Below, one piece after another: positions 19,473 to 32,809 of a DNA stretch of 64,000 bases. The stretch covers positions 62,001-126,000 of the forward strand of contig JASTWF010000342.1 of assembly GCA_030390025.1 (NCBI GenBank), in the 5' to 3' direction. How positions within the stretch are numbered: position 1 is the stretch's first letter; each line of letters starts with the position of its first letter. This DNA is from Squalus acanthias (Eukaryota). A model generated the notes under the pieces. That model was given only the letters and a program-made list of their open reading frames with translations. It had not been told where the DNA came from and made no database searches. The translations under genes and the position numbers were made by a program.

Positions 19473-20326
19473 GTTTAGCAGTGAGAGAATCTCCCAGAAT
19501 TCACAATTTAAACACAGACAAAATATATTCAAATCTTTCCTTACATCAAAGAGCATAGCCAAGACAATGAGATGTGTCCCAGGGGGTCCAACGTGTCAAA
19601 CCACCTGCTGGCTGCATATCCTGTCAATCTGTGTAGGTTCTTGTGTTAGCCTTTTTTAAAAAAAAAACACCTGGGAAGACCGGCCATGATGTCAAGTCAC
19701 GTTCTGTATCGTGACATGAACCCGATATCGCGATTGAGGCCATCCTCATGAGTGCGGAACTTGGCTATCAGTTTCTGCTCTATGATTTTGCGCTGTCGTG
19801 TATCTCGAAGGCCGCCTTGGAGAACGCTTACCCGCATATCCGAGGCTGAATGCCCCTGGCTGCTGAAGTGTTCCCCGACTGGGAGGCAACCCTCCTGCCT
19901 GGCGATTGTTGCGCGGTGTCCGTTCATACGTTGTCTCAGTGTCTGCATGGTCTCGCCGATGTACCATGCTCTGGAGCATCCTTTACTGCAACGTATCAGG
20001 TAGACAACGTTGGCCGAGTCACATGAGTATGTACCGTGTACCTGGTGGGTAGTGTCCTCACGTGTGATGATGGTATCTGTGTCCATGATTTGGCATGTCT
20101 TGCAGAGGTTGCCGTGGCAGGGTTGTGTGGTGTCTTGGTTGCTGTTCGCCTGAAAGATGGGTAATCTGCTGCGAACGATGGTACTTTTGAGGTTAGGCGG
20201 CTGCTTGAAGGCGAGTAGTGGAGGCGTGGGGATGGCCTTAGCAAGGTGTTCGTCGTCATCGATGACATGTTGAAGGCTGCGAAGAACATGGCGTAGTTTT
20301 TCCGCTCCGGGGAAGTACTGGACGAA

Positions 20327-22069
20327 GCATACCGACAACTGGACAACCAGGAACACTACAGACAGCTACCCGCAGATCCGACCAAAGAACACACCCGCCA
20401 ACTCAATAGACTGATCAAGACCTTCGATCCAGACCTTCAAAACATCCTACGCGCTCTCATCCCACGTACTCCCCGCGTAGGAGACTTTTACTGCCTCCCA
20501 AAGATACACAAAGCCAACACACCCGGACGTCCTATCGTATCAGGCAACGGAACCCTGTGTGAGAACCTCTCTGGGTACGTCGAGGGCATCCTGAAACCCA
20601 TCGTACAGGGAACCCCCAGCTTCTGTCGCGACACTACAGACTTCTTGCAGAAACTCAGCACCCATGGACCAGTTGAACCAGGAACACTCCTCGTCATAAT
20701 GGACGTATCGGCACTCTACACCAATATCCCCCACAATGACGGCATCGCTGCGACAGCCTCAGTACTCAACACCAACAACAGCCAATCTCCGGACGCCATC
20801 CTACAACTCATCCGCTTCATCCTTGACCACAATGTCTTCACCTTCGACAACCATTTTTTTACCCAAACACACGGAACAGCCATGGGGACCAAATTCACAC
20901 CCCAATACGCCAACATCTTCATGCACAAGTTCGAGCAAGACTTCTTCGCTGCACAGGACCTCCAGCCAACGCTGTACACCAGATACATTGACGACATCTT
21001 CTTCCTTTGGACCCACGGCGAAGGATCACTGAAAGGACTACACGATAGCATCAACAGGTTCCATCCCACCATCAAACTCACCATGGACTACTCCTCAGAA
21101 TTGGTTTCATTCTTGGACACACGAATCTCCATCAAAGACGGACGCCTCAGCACTTCACTCTACCGCAAGCCCACGGACAACCTCACGATGCTCCACTTCT
21201 CCAGCTTCCACCCTAACCACGTTAAAGAAGCCATCCCCTATGGACAAGCCCTGCGAATACACAGGATCTGCTCAGACGAGGAGGAACGCGATGGACACCT
21301 ACGGACACTGAAAGACGCCCTCGTAAGAACGGGATATGACGCTCGACTCGTCGATCGACAGTTCTGACGGGCCACAGCGAAAAACCGCATAGACCTCCTC
21401 AGAAGACGAACACGGGACACAACCAACAGAGTACCCTACGTCGTCCAGTACTTCCCCGGAGCGGAAAAACTACGCCATGTTCTTCGCAGCCTTCAACATG
21501 TCATCGATGACGACGAACACCTTGCTAAGGCCATCCCCACGCCTCCACTACTCGCCTTCAAACAGCCGCCTAACCTCAAAAGTACCATCGTTCGCAGCAG
21601 ATTACCCATCTTTCAGGCGAACAGCAACCAAGACACCACACAACCCTGCCACGGCAACCTCTGCAAGACATGCCAAATCATGGACACAGATACCATCATC
21701 ACACGTGAGGACACTACCCACCAGGTACACGGTACATACTCATGTGACTCGGCCAACGTTGTCTACCTGATACGTTGCAGTAAAGGATGCTCCAGAGCAT
21801 GGTACATCGGCGAGACCATGCAGACACTGAGACAACGTATGAACGGACACCGCGCAACAATCGCCAGGCAGGAGGGTTGCCTCCCAGTCGGGGAACACTT
21901 CAGCAGCCAGGGGCATTCAGCCTCGGATATGCGGGTAAGCGTTCTCCAAGGCGGCCTTCGAGATACACGACAGCGCAAAATCATAGAGCAGAAACTGATA
22001 GCCAAGTTCCGCACTCATGAGGATGGCCTCAATCGCGATATCGGGTTCATGTCACGATACAGAACGTGA
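20327..22069 (+). pseudogene. Penelope RT + GIY-YIG endonuclease, 5'-truncated, one premature stop
   Basis: YCLPKIHK, MDVSALYTNIP, GTAMG, RYIDD RT motifs; NVVYLIRC..WYIGET GIY-YIG; same frame either side of TGA at 21365-21367. Confidence 0.9.
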
Positions 22070-22685
22070 CTTGACATCATGGCCGGTCTTCCCAGGTGTT
22101 TTTTTTTTAAAAAAGGCTAACACAAGAACCTACACAGATTGACAGGATATGCAGCCAGCAGGTGGTTTGACACGTTGGACCCCCTGGGACACATCTCATT
22201 GTCTTGGCTATGCTCTTTGATGTAAGGAAAGATTTGAATATATTTCAATATTCATGTTACTTAATTTAATTATTAGTTTAATATAAGTGCTTTTAATGAA
22301 TTATGTTTGTTTTATAAATTATGCATTTTTAACCCTTTCTCATATTCGATCACAACATCAAAGCAATAAAATTACTCTGGAATGATTTATGTTATCAAGC
22401 GGAGCAATTGATGTTGGTTTCGCTTTAATACATGAGCAATTAATAAAAATATGGATCCAGCAAAGTGGTGAAGTTCAAATCTGATAGAGAAATGGGCAAC
22501 AAGGTAAAAAATGGGAGGAGGTAAAGCTAAGTAATGCAGGCTTTAGTGAAGACAATTATTTCTACATTTTCACTAATAAGTCAAAACATGACTGGTATCT
22601 TTGCAAAGCTTTGAGGGTGCAATTTTATGTTTGCGAGCTGGCATATTAAAGGGATTATAGCCTGGAAATTACTGTGAGTGATATT

Positions 22686-23417
22686 GGGCCGGATTTTCCG
22701 ATCTGAGGCTTCCTGCGTGCGGATCCCTCCGATCTGGAAAAATCTATGAACTTACCTGCTGGCTTCATAGGTCCCGACACTTCCGATCCTGGGCCTCTCC
22801 TGGTGCGGGCGCACAGAGGCACAGGTATTCCAGGAGCACAGGCGGTTCGCAAGCGTCCCTGGGATCATGTGGGCCATGCAGCACCAATCAAAGAAGGGAA
22901 TCCCCCTTCACACTTTTGGCAGGTCTCTCCGCATAGACCTGTCAAAAGTATGATGGGGATCACTCAAAAAACACACTAAAAACATTAAATACATTGGTTA
23001 AAATTACATTAAATTAAATATTCTAAACAAAAATTTAATTTTTTGAAAAAAATAATTAAAGCTTTTTACGGGGCTAAAAATAAACTTACCATTTTTAAAA
23101 GTATTTTAAAATTATAAATGAGTGAAAAATTTTTTTTTTTTACTTTTTTAAACTCTTTTGCTGGTAAAAGCAGACCTTACGCCTGCTTTTACCAGGCGTA
23201 AGATTTTTTAAGGATTTCAGTGGGCGGAGGTTGTGCAGAAAGCGGAACTGTCTGCCAGCGGAGGCCCTGCTCCCGGGCAGGCGGAGGATCTATCAAGAGG
23301 ATTCTTGACAGATCGGAAGTGATGGTTTTCAGCGCATGCCTGAAACCGGCACTTGCGAGGCCCCTATAGGTGTGTACACAGCTCGTACACACCCGTGGGG
23401 GTCGGAAAATAGGGGCC
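22686..23417. mobile_element. PIF/Harbinger-type MITE
   Basis: TIR-like gggccggattttccga / tcggaaaataggggcc; ATT on both flanks (3-bp TSD); AT-rich core. Confidence 0.55.
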
Positions 23418-24330
23418 ATTAACATATGAAAACTTAATGTAGTAAATTTTTTTTAATTCATTCTCAGGATGTGGGCATGATTGGCCTGCATTTATTGTTT
23501 ATCCCTATTGCCTGAAAAGGTGGTAGTAGGCCTTCTTCCTGAACCACTGTAGCAGTTTGATACAACTAAATGACATGATAGGCCACTTCCGAGGATAGTT
23601 AAGAGTTAACCACATTGGTGTGGGACTGAAGTCACTTATAGGCCAGATCAGGTAATAGTGGGAAGTTTACTTTTGTGAACCAGTTGAGTTTTTATGACAA
23701 TCTGACAGCTTCATGGTCACTTTTATTGATACCAGTTAGAATCATAGAATCATAGAAAGTTACAGCACGGAAGGAGGCCATTTCGGCCCATCGTGTCCGC
23801 ACCGGCCAACAAAGAGCTATCCAGCCTAATCCCACTTCCCAGCTCTTGGTCAGTAGCCCTGCAAGTGCACATCCAAGTACTTTTTATTGTGGTTAGGCTT
23901 CCTGCCTCTACCACCCTTTCAGGCAGTGAGTTCCAGACCCCCACAACCCTCTGGGTGAAGAAATTTCCCCTCAAATCCCCTCTAAACCTTCCACCAATTA
24001 CTTTAAATCTGTGCCCCCTGGTTTTTGACCCCTCTGCTAAGGATCCTTTCTATCCACTTTGTCTAGGCCCCTCATAATTTTATACACCTCAATAAGGTCT
24101 CCCCTCAGCCTCCTCTGTTCCAAGGAAAACAGACCCAGCCTATCCAGTCTTTCCTCATAGCTAAGATTCTCTACTCCCGGCAACATCCTTGTAAATCTCC
24201 TCTGTACCCTCTCTAGTGCAATCACATCTTTCCTGTAATGTGGTGACCAGAACTGCACGCAGTACTCTAGCTGAGGCCTAACTAGTGTTTTGTACAGTTG
24301 AAGCATAACCCCCCTGCTCTTGTATTCTAT

Positions 24331-24920
24331 GATGCGGAGATGCCGGTGTTGGACTGGGGTGGACAAAATTGAGAGGTCGCACAACAACAGGTTATAGTCC
24401 AACAGTTTTATTTGAAATCACAAGCTTTCGGAGCTATCGATTGCTCCTTCCTCAGGTGAAGTAAATTAGATACAGAATCGCCAAAGCATATATAGATAGA
24501 GAACAAAGCATGTGTACCTTACAATTGCAGACCACTAAATTAAATCATCCTGACTATCTGCCGAGGTGTGATAAAGTTAATTAAGTCAGCCAGGAAGGTA
24601 CCACATCAAAGACATAGCAAGATACAACTGAGACAATGAGGTGTAGTCGCAGGGGTTCTAACGTGTCAAAAGCTGCCGTCTGTATGTAAAACGAAAAGCT
24701 TTAAAACTTTTTACTTTTTTACTGGGAAAATTTTTACTTTTTTACTGGGAATCACATCTGTGAACAAGCCAACGACGACTCGAGTCCGGATCACGTCATG
24801 TATCGTGACATAAACCCAAGATCCCGGTTGAGACCGTCTTCATGAGTGCGGAACTAGGCTATCAGTTTCTGCTCGATGATTTTGCGTTGTCGTGTGTTTC
24901 TAAGGCTGCCTTGGAGAACT
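24331..24920 (-). mobile_element. Penelope 3' fragment (GIY-YIG C-terminus + pLTR)
   Basis: Homologous to 21940-22070 plus the hammerhead-bearing end; CR1 reads through when removed. Confidence 0.8.
24418..24459 (-). ncRNA. Minimal hammerhead ribozyme (Penelope)
   Basis: tcac-CTGAGGA-a-ggagc(aatcgata)gctcc-GAAA-gctt-gtga. Confidence 0.7.
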
Positions 24921-27096
24921 GCCACGGCTAATAAAGGCAAGCATTCCATATGCCTTCTTAACCACCTTATCTACCTGGCCTGCTACCTTCAGGGATCTGT
25001 GGACATGCACTCCAAGGTCCCTTTGTTCCTCTATACTACTCAGTGTCTTACCATTTAATGTGTATTCCCTTTCATTGTTAGCCCTCCCCAAATGCATCAT
25101 CTCACACTTCTCCGGATTGAATTCCAATTGCCACTGTTCTGCCCACCTGACCAATTTATTGATATCTTCCTGCAGTCTACAGCTTCCTTCTTCAGTATCA
25201 ACCACACAGCCGATTTTAGTATCATCTGCAAACTTCTTAATCATACCCCCTATATTCAAGTCAAGATCGTTGATATATACCACAAAAAGCAAGGGACCTA
25301 GTACTGAGCCCTGCGGAACCCCACTGGAAACAGCCTTCCAGTCACAAAAACACCCATCGACCATTACCCTCTGCTTCCTGTCTCTGAGCCAGTTTTGAAT
25401 CCAACTTGACACTTTGCCCTGGATCCCATGGGCTTTTAACTTTGTGACCAGTCTGCCATGTGGAATCTTATCAAAAGCCTTGCTAAAGTCCATACACTAC
25501 ATCAAATGCAAAGTTCTTTGCATTTCCAGATTTTTTATTAACTGAATTCAAATTCTCACCTAGCATGGACATAAGAACATAAGAAATAAGAGCAGGGCAT
25601 ACAGCGTATAGAGCCTGCTCCACCATTCAATAAGATAATGACTGAACTTCTACCTCAACTCCACTTTGCCACCCTATCCCTGTATCTCTTGATTCCTTTA
25701 GTGCCCAAAAATCTATCGATCTCTGTCTTGAAGATACTAATCGACTGAGCATCCACAGCCCTCTGGGGTAGAGAATTCCAAAGATTCACAACCCTCTGAG
25801 TGAAGAAATTTCTCCTCATCTGAGTCCTAAATGGCTGACCCCTTATTCTGAGACTATGACCCCTAGTTCTAGACTCTCCAGCCAGCGGAAACAGCCTCTC
25901 AGCATCTACCCTGTCAAGCCCTCTAAGAATTTTATACATTTCAATGAGATCACCTCTCATTCTTCTAAACTCCAGGGACTATAGGCCGATTCTACTCAAT
26001 CTCTCTTCATAGGACAGCCCTCTCATCCCAGGAATCAGTCTGGTGAACCTTTGTTGCACTCCCTCTATGGAAATTATATCCTTCCTTAGGTAAGGAGACT
26101 AAAACTATACAAAGTACTCCAGGTGTGGTCTCACCAAAGCCCTATATAATTATAGCAAGACTTCCTGGCCTAGAAATTGGATAAGGCCCGAAAACGGGCG
26201 TGGGGATTGTGATACGCAATCAACCTGCGCCTTTTCAAAGGACTGTAGGCAGCACGCACAGTATGTGCTGCCCGCTAATTTACATGATTGTAGCATTCAG
26301 CCCAGTGCTGAATGCGCTGCTGATTGGCTGAATGTTCAGCAGAGTGCCCGAGTTTGTACGAGGCTAATTCCAATTAAAGCTAGCCTGCACTACTTAAAGG
26401 CAGTCTGCACCTCTTAAAGGGGAGGTGCCTTCTGCCTGCAACAGGTGATTGAAATGTCTGGGAGGACATTGGAGAAGAAAGTATTAATGATGGCACAACA
26501 GGGGAGAGAGCATGCACCTAGGTTCACGAATGCAGCACTGGAGGCCTTGGTCCAGGGGCTTAGCTCCAGAAGAGAGATCCTATTTCCACAGGGAGCCAGG
26601 AGGCCCTCAAGGCAACAGACCAGAGTGCAGTGGGAGCTCATAGCCACTTTGGTAAATGCCAGCAGTGTAGCCCTGAGCACCTGGAATCAGTGCAGGAAGA
26701 AGTTTAATGAACTCACATGAGTGGTTAAGGTCAGTGATTCATCTTCAAATGCCATATCCCACCATCTGCACCACTAGCCTCACGCAATGTTCAATGCACC
26801 ACATCCCCCTCACTCACCTATCAACAACCTCTACCAAACATGACTCACACCTCACATTCATAGCTTCACCACATCCTCACAATTTAACACTGCTGCAAGC
26901 CTCACACCCACATCTCGCAGCTTGAATACATTGTCAGCTATTCAAACATGACAAGCACATCAGCCAAACACTCTACACCACACTAACTGACGCATTCCCT
27001 TTCTCTTGCAGAAAAAGTGACGCATAACCAGCGCCAGCAGACCTTAACCGGTGGGGGACAGGATCGCCTGCATCACCTCACCCCCGTGTTGGAGAT

Positions 27097-30000
27097 TGTA
27101 ATAGAGCCACCTGGTGGACTACTGATGTATATAATAATAAAGCCATATGCAGTACAGTTCTTACTTCAGAAGCCATGTTGTGCTGTTGTGTATATATATG
27201 CTGTGTCTCAAGATATCACCGAATTGGCGATGAGGATGTGATTGTGGATTCCCTAGCTGAATTTTTTTTCGAGGATAATCCTGCCAACTGACGGAGGGAC
27301 TGTTGGAGGTTCTTCGTTTTGCAGAAAAACTTAAAAATCCGAGGTAAATTTCAAGCACATGTGGTTGAACTGTTGACGTTGCCAGAATCCAGATGGCTGT
27401 GCCTATGGGAATAATAGGGCGTTTGGGTGAGTTCCATCCCGACCGAGAGACTTTCGGAGCATATGTGGAGCGGCTAGAAATGTTTTCACCGCGAATAGTA
27501 TTGTCGAAGTCCCCGATGATGTAAACCGTAACCAGGCGGTTTTAGAAATGAAACGGGCTATTTTTTTGACTGAAGGAGGCCCCAAGGTGTATGAAACCCT
27601 GAAAAATTTGCTTGTTCCCACCACGCCACTGAAGGAGATCCTAACCAATTTAGAACAGCACTACAGTCCTGAGCCCCTGGAAATTGCTGAAAGTTATCAT
27701 TTTGGAACACGCGATCAATTAAATGATGAGGGTATCAGTGAGCACATTGTAGCTTTAAAAAAGCTATCCATTCAGTGTCATTTCAGAAACTTTCAGGACC
27801 GAGCTTTGCGTGACCACTTTGTTTGTGGGTTGAAAAATGAACATATCAGAAGTAAATTGTTGACAACCCCGAACTTGACTTGTGACTTAGCTTGTCAGAC
27901 AGCTATGCTGATGGATATGGCCGACCGATACTCCCGAGAGTTCCACACCATTTCCAGTCATCAGACAACCGAGGTGAATCGGCTGCAGGCTAAAAGTAAA
28001 AGGCAGTCGGGCCCCTAGGCCTCAGCAACTGGCCAAGGTAACAGTGCATTGAAGTCGTGCTATCGGTGCCTGGGACAACACATTGCTCAAAGCAGAGTGT
28101 TTCTACTGCAAGAAAACTGGGCATCTTGCGAAGGCGTGCCGACAGAAGAGTAAACCAACTGGCAATGCTAGAAGTAGAAATCGCCAGACACTACATACCG
28201 TTGAAGAGAAGCAGCAGGACGAGGAGTTTCTGGAGATTCATGTCATCAGGAGCACGAAGGTATCTAACAGCGATTCGTGAGGTATTGTCATCCAAGTAGA
28301 TGTCGCAAGAACCAGGATACCCATGGAAATCGACACTGGTGCATCTATGAGTGTAGTACCGGAATCACTATATTGCGACAAGTTGCATGATTATCGACTA
28401 GAGAAATCGAAGGTAGAGCTGCGAGGCTACTCAAGAGAGCAAATCCCTGTAGTAGGAAGTGTCACCATACTAGTGAAATACAAGGATCAGTGTCAGAGCT
28501 TGCCTCTCCTGGTAGTGACAGGAGACAAGCCTACCTTGATAGGTAGAAATTGGTTGGGATCACTGAAGCTGGATTGGAATGAGATTTTTCGTGTGGAAGT
28601 GAAATTTGCATCGAAAGATGATGTCATCAAGCAGTATCCGAAGGTGTTCAGCGAAACGGGCAGTCCGATCCAAGATTTCAAGGTGAGTGTCAGAGTGCAG
28701 AAGGACGCAAGACCAGTTTACTGCAAGCCACGTCCCGCACCATGCGCACTCAAGGAGAAAGTTGAGCTAGAACTCAAACGACTAGAAACTGAGAACATTA
28801 TCTCTAAGGTAGATCTGAGTAATTGGGCGACACCCATTGTTGTTGTACCTAAGTCAGATGGTAAGGTAAGGTTGTGTGGTGATTATGAGGTAACCGTAAA
28901 CCAGGTTCTAGAGTGTAAGCTTCCCAATATGTTGTCAAATGTGGAAGATTTGTTCACAATACTGACAGGTGGCCAGATCTTTTCGAAGTTAGATCTAACA
29001 AACGCCTACCTACAACTTGAGTTAGAAGAAGAGTCCAAGTCATGCTTGACTATAAATACTCACCGAGGCCTGTATCAGTTCAATAGGCAACCATTTGGAG
29101 TGGCTTCTGCCCCCAACATATTCCAGGGGGTGATGAGTCAAATTTTGCAAGGGGTTGAAGGGGTAGTGTGTTATTTGGATGACATACTCATTTCAGCACC
29201 AAACAGGCAAATCCATGATGAGGTGTTGAATGAAGTGCTCAAACGGCTAGAGAAGCACAGAGTACGAGTGACAGCTCACAAGTGTGAGTTGTTTCAAAAC
29301 TCAGTGGAGTACATAGGGCACAGAGTAGACAAAGATGGTTTACATCCAACCAAGGGAAAGCTGGATGCAATCAGAAATGCACCCACTCCCAAGAATGTTT
29401 CTGAACTTTGATCATTTTTGGGTCTTTTGAAATATTACGGAAAGTTCCTCCCAAACTTGGCTACATTGTTACATCCACTGAATGAGCTGTTGAGAAAACA
29501 GGTCCCTTGGAAGTGGTCAAAAGAATGCGACACAGCATTCAAAGAGTGTAAAAGCCAGTGAGAAGAGAGTACCATGTTAGTTCACTATGATGTATCTAAG
29601 GAGATCAAGCTAGCGTGTGATGCCTCTCCGTATGGAGTTGGAGCAGTGATCTCTCATGTACTAGATAGTGGGGAGGAGAGACCAATTGCTTTTGTTTCAT
29701 GCACTCTCAGTGCCAGTGAGTGGAATTATGCACAGATCGAAAGGGAAGCTTTATCATTGATTTTTGGGGTCAAGAAGTTTCACAAATACTTGTTTGGTCG
29801 TACGTTTACCATAGTTACTGACCATAAGCCCCTGACAGCAATCCTCCATCCAAAGTCCCCAGTTCCAACCTTAGCTGCAGCCCAAATGCAGAGATGGGCT
29901 TTGATTTTGTCAGCATATACGTATGACATTGAGTACAGATGATTAGCTGATCACAGTAATGCTGATGCTATATCCAGGTTGCCATCCCCATCACAAGTTA

Positions 30001-31792
30001 CACCCAATAAGGAGAAGTGTTCTATTTCTCATACATTGATGAGCTGCCAGTCACAGCTGAAGAGATTGGTAGGGCAACCAAATGTGACCCAATTATGTCA
30101 AAGGTGTATGATTACATAGCAAATGGATGGCCAAACCAGGGGAAGATATCCATCCATACTTCGTTTGTAAGAATGAATTGTCAGTGGATAAAGATTGTAT
30201 CATGTGGGGACCAAGAGTAGTTATCCGAAATAGGTTCAGGTCTAAATTGTTAGGAGATCTTCATGACCAGCACTTGGGAATGTGCTTGACCAAGAGCTTT
30301 GCACGCAGTCACTTATGGTGGCCAGGCTTAGATAAAGATATAGAGTACATAGTCAGTCAGTGTGCAACATGTCAATTGGTGAGCAAGAAACCACCATCAG
30401 TACCATTACAGCCATGGAAATGCCTCCCAGAGTGTGGCAAAGGTTGCATGTAGATTTTGCTGAGCTAGAAGGACAGCAATTGTTCATAGTGATAGTCACT
30501 TGAAGTGGGTAGAGGTGTTTCCGATGCAGATAATTACAACAAGCAAAACACTAGACAATTTGCGAAGATTGTTTTCTTCATACGGCCTCCAAGAAGAAAT
30601 TGTGTCTGATAATGGGCCACAATTTTGTTCAGAAGAGTTCACACAGTTCATGAGCAGAAACGGTGTGAACAATACCAAAGTTCCACTGTACCACCCTGCT
30701 TCAAATGTTGCAGCAGAGCGCACAGTACAAATTATCAAATGTGCCCTCATCAAGTAAATGTTGGATCCAAATCCAAAGTAACGTCAGTTGTCGTTGGACC
30801 ACAAACTGGCAAATTCTCTGATTACTTATCGGAATACTCCTCATACCACTACTGGTAGAAAACCAACAGAATTGTTTCTCAAATGACAGCCACGAACCAG
30901 GTTCTCGTTGTTAAAGCCAAACTTGGCACAGTCTGTAGAAGAGAAACAATCAAGGCAGAAAGAGAGTCATGATAAAGGTAGAGTTAGAGAGAGAAGTGTG
31001 AAGTTGAACCAGAAGGTTAAAGTGAAGAAACATCAGGATAAATGGTTAAAGTGGTTACCAGGAAGAGTAGTGAAGAAATGTGGACCTCGCACATATTTGG
31101 TCAAGATGTTTGATCATGGAAAGGTTAGGTTTGTTCACATTGATCATATCTTACCTACAGATGTGGAAGGAGTTGAAAGCTGGGATGATTCAATTTATTC
31201 TGATGAGTCAATAGTCTTGTTACAAGTAGAGTACCAGTAGCAAATCCGACATCAGATGTACCAGAAACAAATCCAAGACAAAGTCAGAATTTAAGTCTGA
31301 GCCTGAGTCAGGCAGACAAACAGTCTGAAAGTGTAGAGAGTCCAAATGTAGATCAAGGTCAGCCCTTGGAGAAAAGTTCTCCGCAGGCTCAGCCTAGAAT
31401 GAGTCAAAGTCCTACAACAAGATCTGAAAGTTCTGTTCAAGAAAGAAGGTAACCTCTTCGAAACAGAAAACCAGTGGTTAAGTTTAATCTGTAATTATGG
31501 AAAATAAGTTTATGGAAAATAAGTTTTGTTTGTGTTACGGAATTTTAGAGTAGAATTTGGAAACATAAAATGGGTTCCATTTGAGAAATGTATACCAAGA
31601 GTTGTGTATACCATGCAAGTCATGTACAATGATTATTTGCTATGATTAACTTCTTCAATAAGGAGGAAGAAGTGTAACAGAGCCACCTGGTAGACTACTG
31701 ATGTATATAATAATAAAGCCGTGCACAGTACAGTCCTTACCGGAAGCCATGTTGTGCTGTTGTATATATATGCCGTGTCTTAAGATATCACA
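27097..31792 (+). mobile_element. Decayed Ty3/Gypsy LTR retrotransposon with short LTRs
   Basis: LTRs 27097-27220 and 31673-31792; TSD GAGAT; PBS tggcgatgaggatg (tRNA-Ser-like, 27225-27238); PPT aaggaggaagaag; gag CCHC, IDTGAS, YLDD, CDAS RNase H, SDNGPQF integrase with many stops and frameshifts; no env. Confidence 0.92.
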
Positions 31793-32809
31793 GAGATGGT
31801 GCTGGCCATTCTTGGCAGGGGCATGGCTGAGCCCGTGGCCAGCAGCGGGGCTGAAAGAATACAAGATGCCAGTGTCCTCATACGTTATCCTCCTTCTCAC
31901 ATCCCACTTCCCCCTTATCCCACAATCTCTTCTGATTTACATTCTGCATATAGTATAAGGGTGAATCTCTTGCTTTCCCCCCCTCCCCACACCAAAACCT
32001 TGCCATTGTGCCTTTCTCATTTCACACACCCAAGAAATCTAGCCTGCCCAGCAAGTGGGTCAACATGAAGAGGGAGAGGAGAGTGAAGAAGAAGAAACAC
32101 CGTCACTCAATTTCACACTCCCAGCTACCAGCTCAGATAATGACACTCCATGATCTTTAGAGGATAGTTTAGAGGCAGGATCTTGTAAGGTTTCCAAAAT
32201 TTGCAGATCCCCAAAACCTAAGGAAAAAGGACTTTGGAACTACCTCAGAGTGATAAAAATGCATTTGGGCCTAACATAAGGAATTTAAGACCAAAAACCA
32301 AGTTTTGGCATTTTAAAAACATGTCTGGGCCTATAAAGAGAGAAAAGGCTGTGAAGGAAGTTGGCTTAGACCTCTGTAAAAGCAGTTTTGGGTATTGCAG
32401 TTAATTGCATTGTCTGGGGAACCGGGATGACCTCACTCAAAGCCCCAGCATGCATTAACATTTTGACAATAGACCCTAGGAGAAGACAGTCCCACCCAAA
32501 ACAATAGGTCCCATCAAACCGATTACAGGGCCCATCAAGAAACATGCATAATACAGAGCACCCAGGACTAGGCTATAGATCAGCCTAGGAACCCAAAACA
32601 CAAAACCCATCACCAGCAATCAGCCAAGAAGATCGACAGGATGCAAACCATCCCAAAAACCCATTTGACACTTAGAGTAGTTACTGGTAGCAGGCCCGCC
32701 AAAACTAGACAATGAACTGTAGAGATTTGGCGGCTAGATAAGGGCACTTCAATTCTGTATAATTGAAGGCCCTCCAAGCACACACCAAGCAGGAAGGAGA
32801 GCTAGCAAG

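Larger units (their letters stand above)
19388..22245. mobile_element. Penelope-like element with 805-bp inverted duplication
   Basis: Arms 19521-20325 and 21441-22245 are reverse complements; the left arm continues on the minus strand into the hammerhead-bearing 3' end. Confidence 0.9.
23737..25510 (-). mobile_element. 5'-truncated CR1 LINE, interrupted by a Penelope fragment
   Basis: [37 protein letters not shown]; (ctatgatt)n tail at 23737-23756. Confidence 0.9.
23448..25570 (-). mobile_element. Short bipartite non-autonomous element (5' UTR + 3' tail of the LINE at 43590-48802), split by a CR1 insertion
   Basis: 23448-23736 and 25511-25570 on the minus strand resemble 43680-43890 joined directly to 48710-48802. 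Confidence 0.55.
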
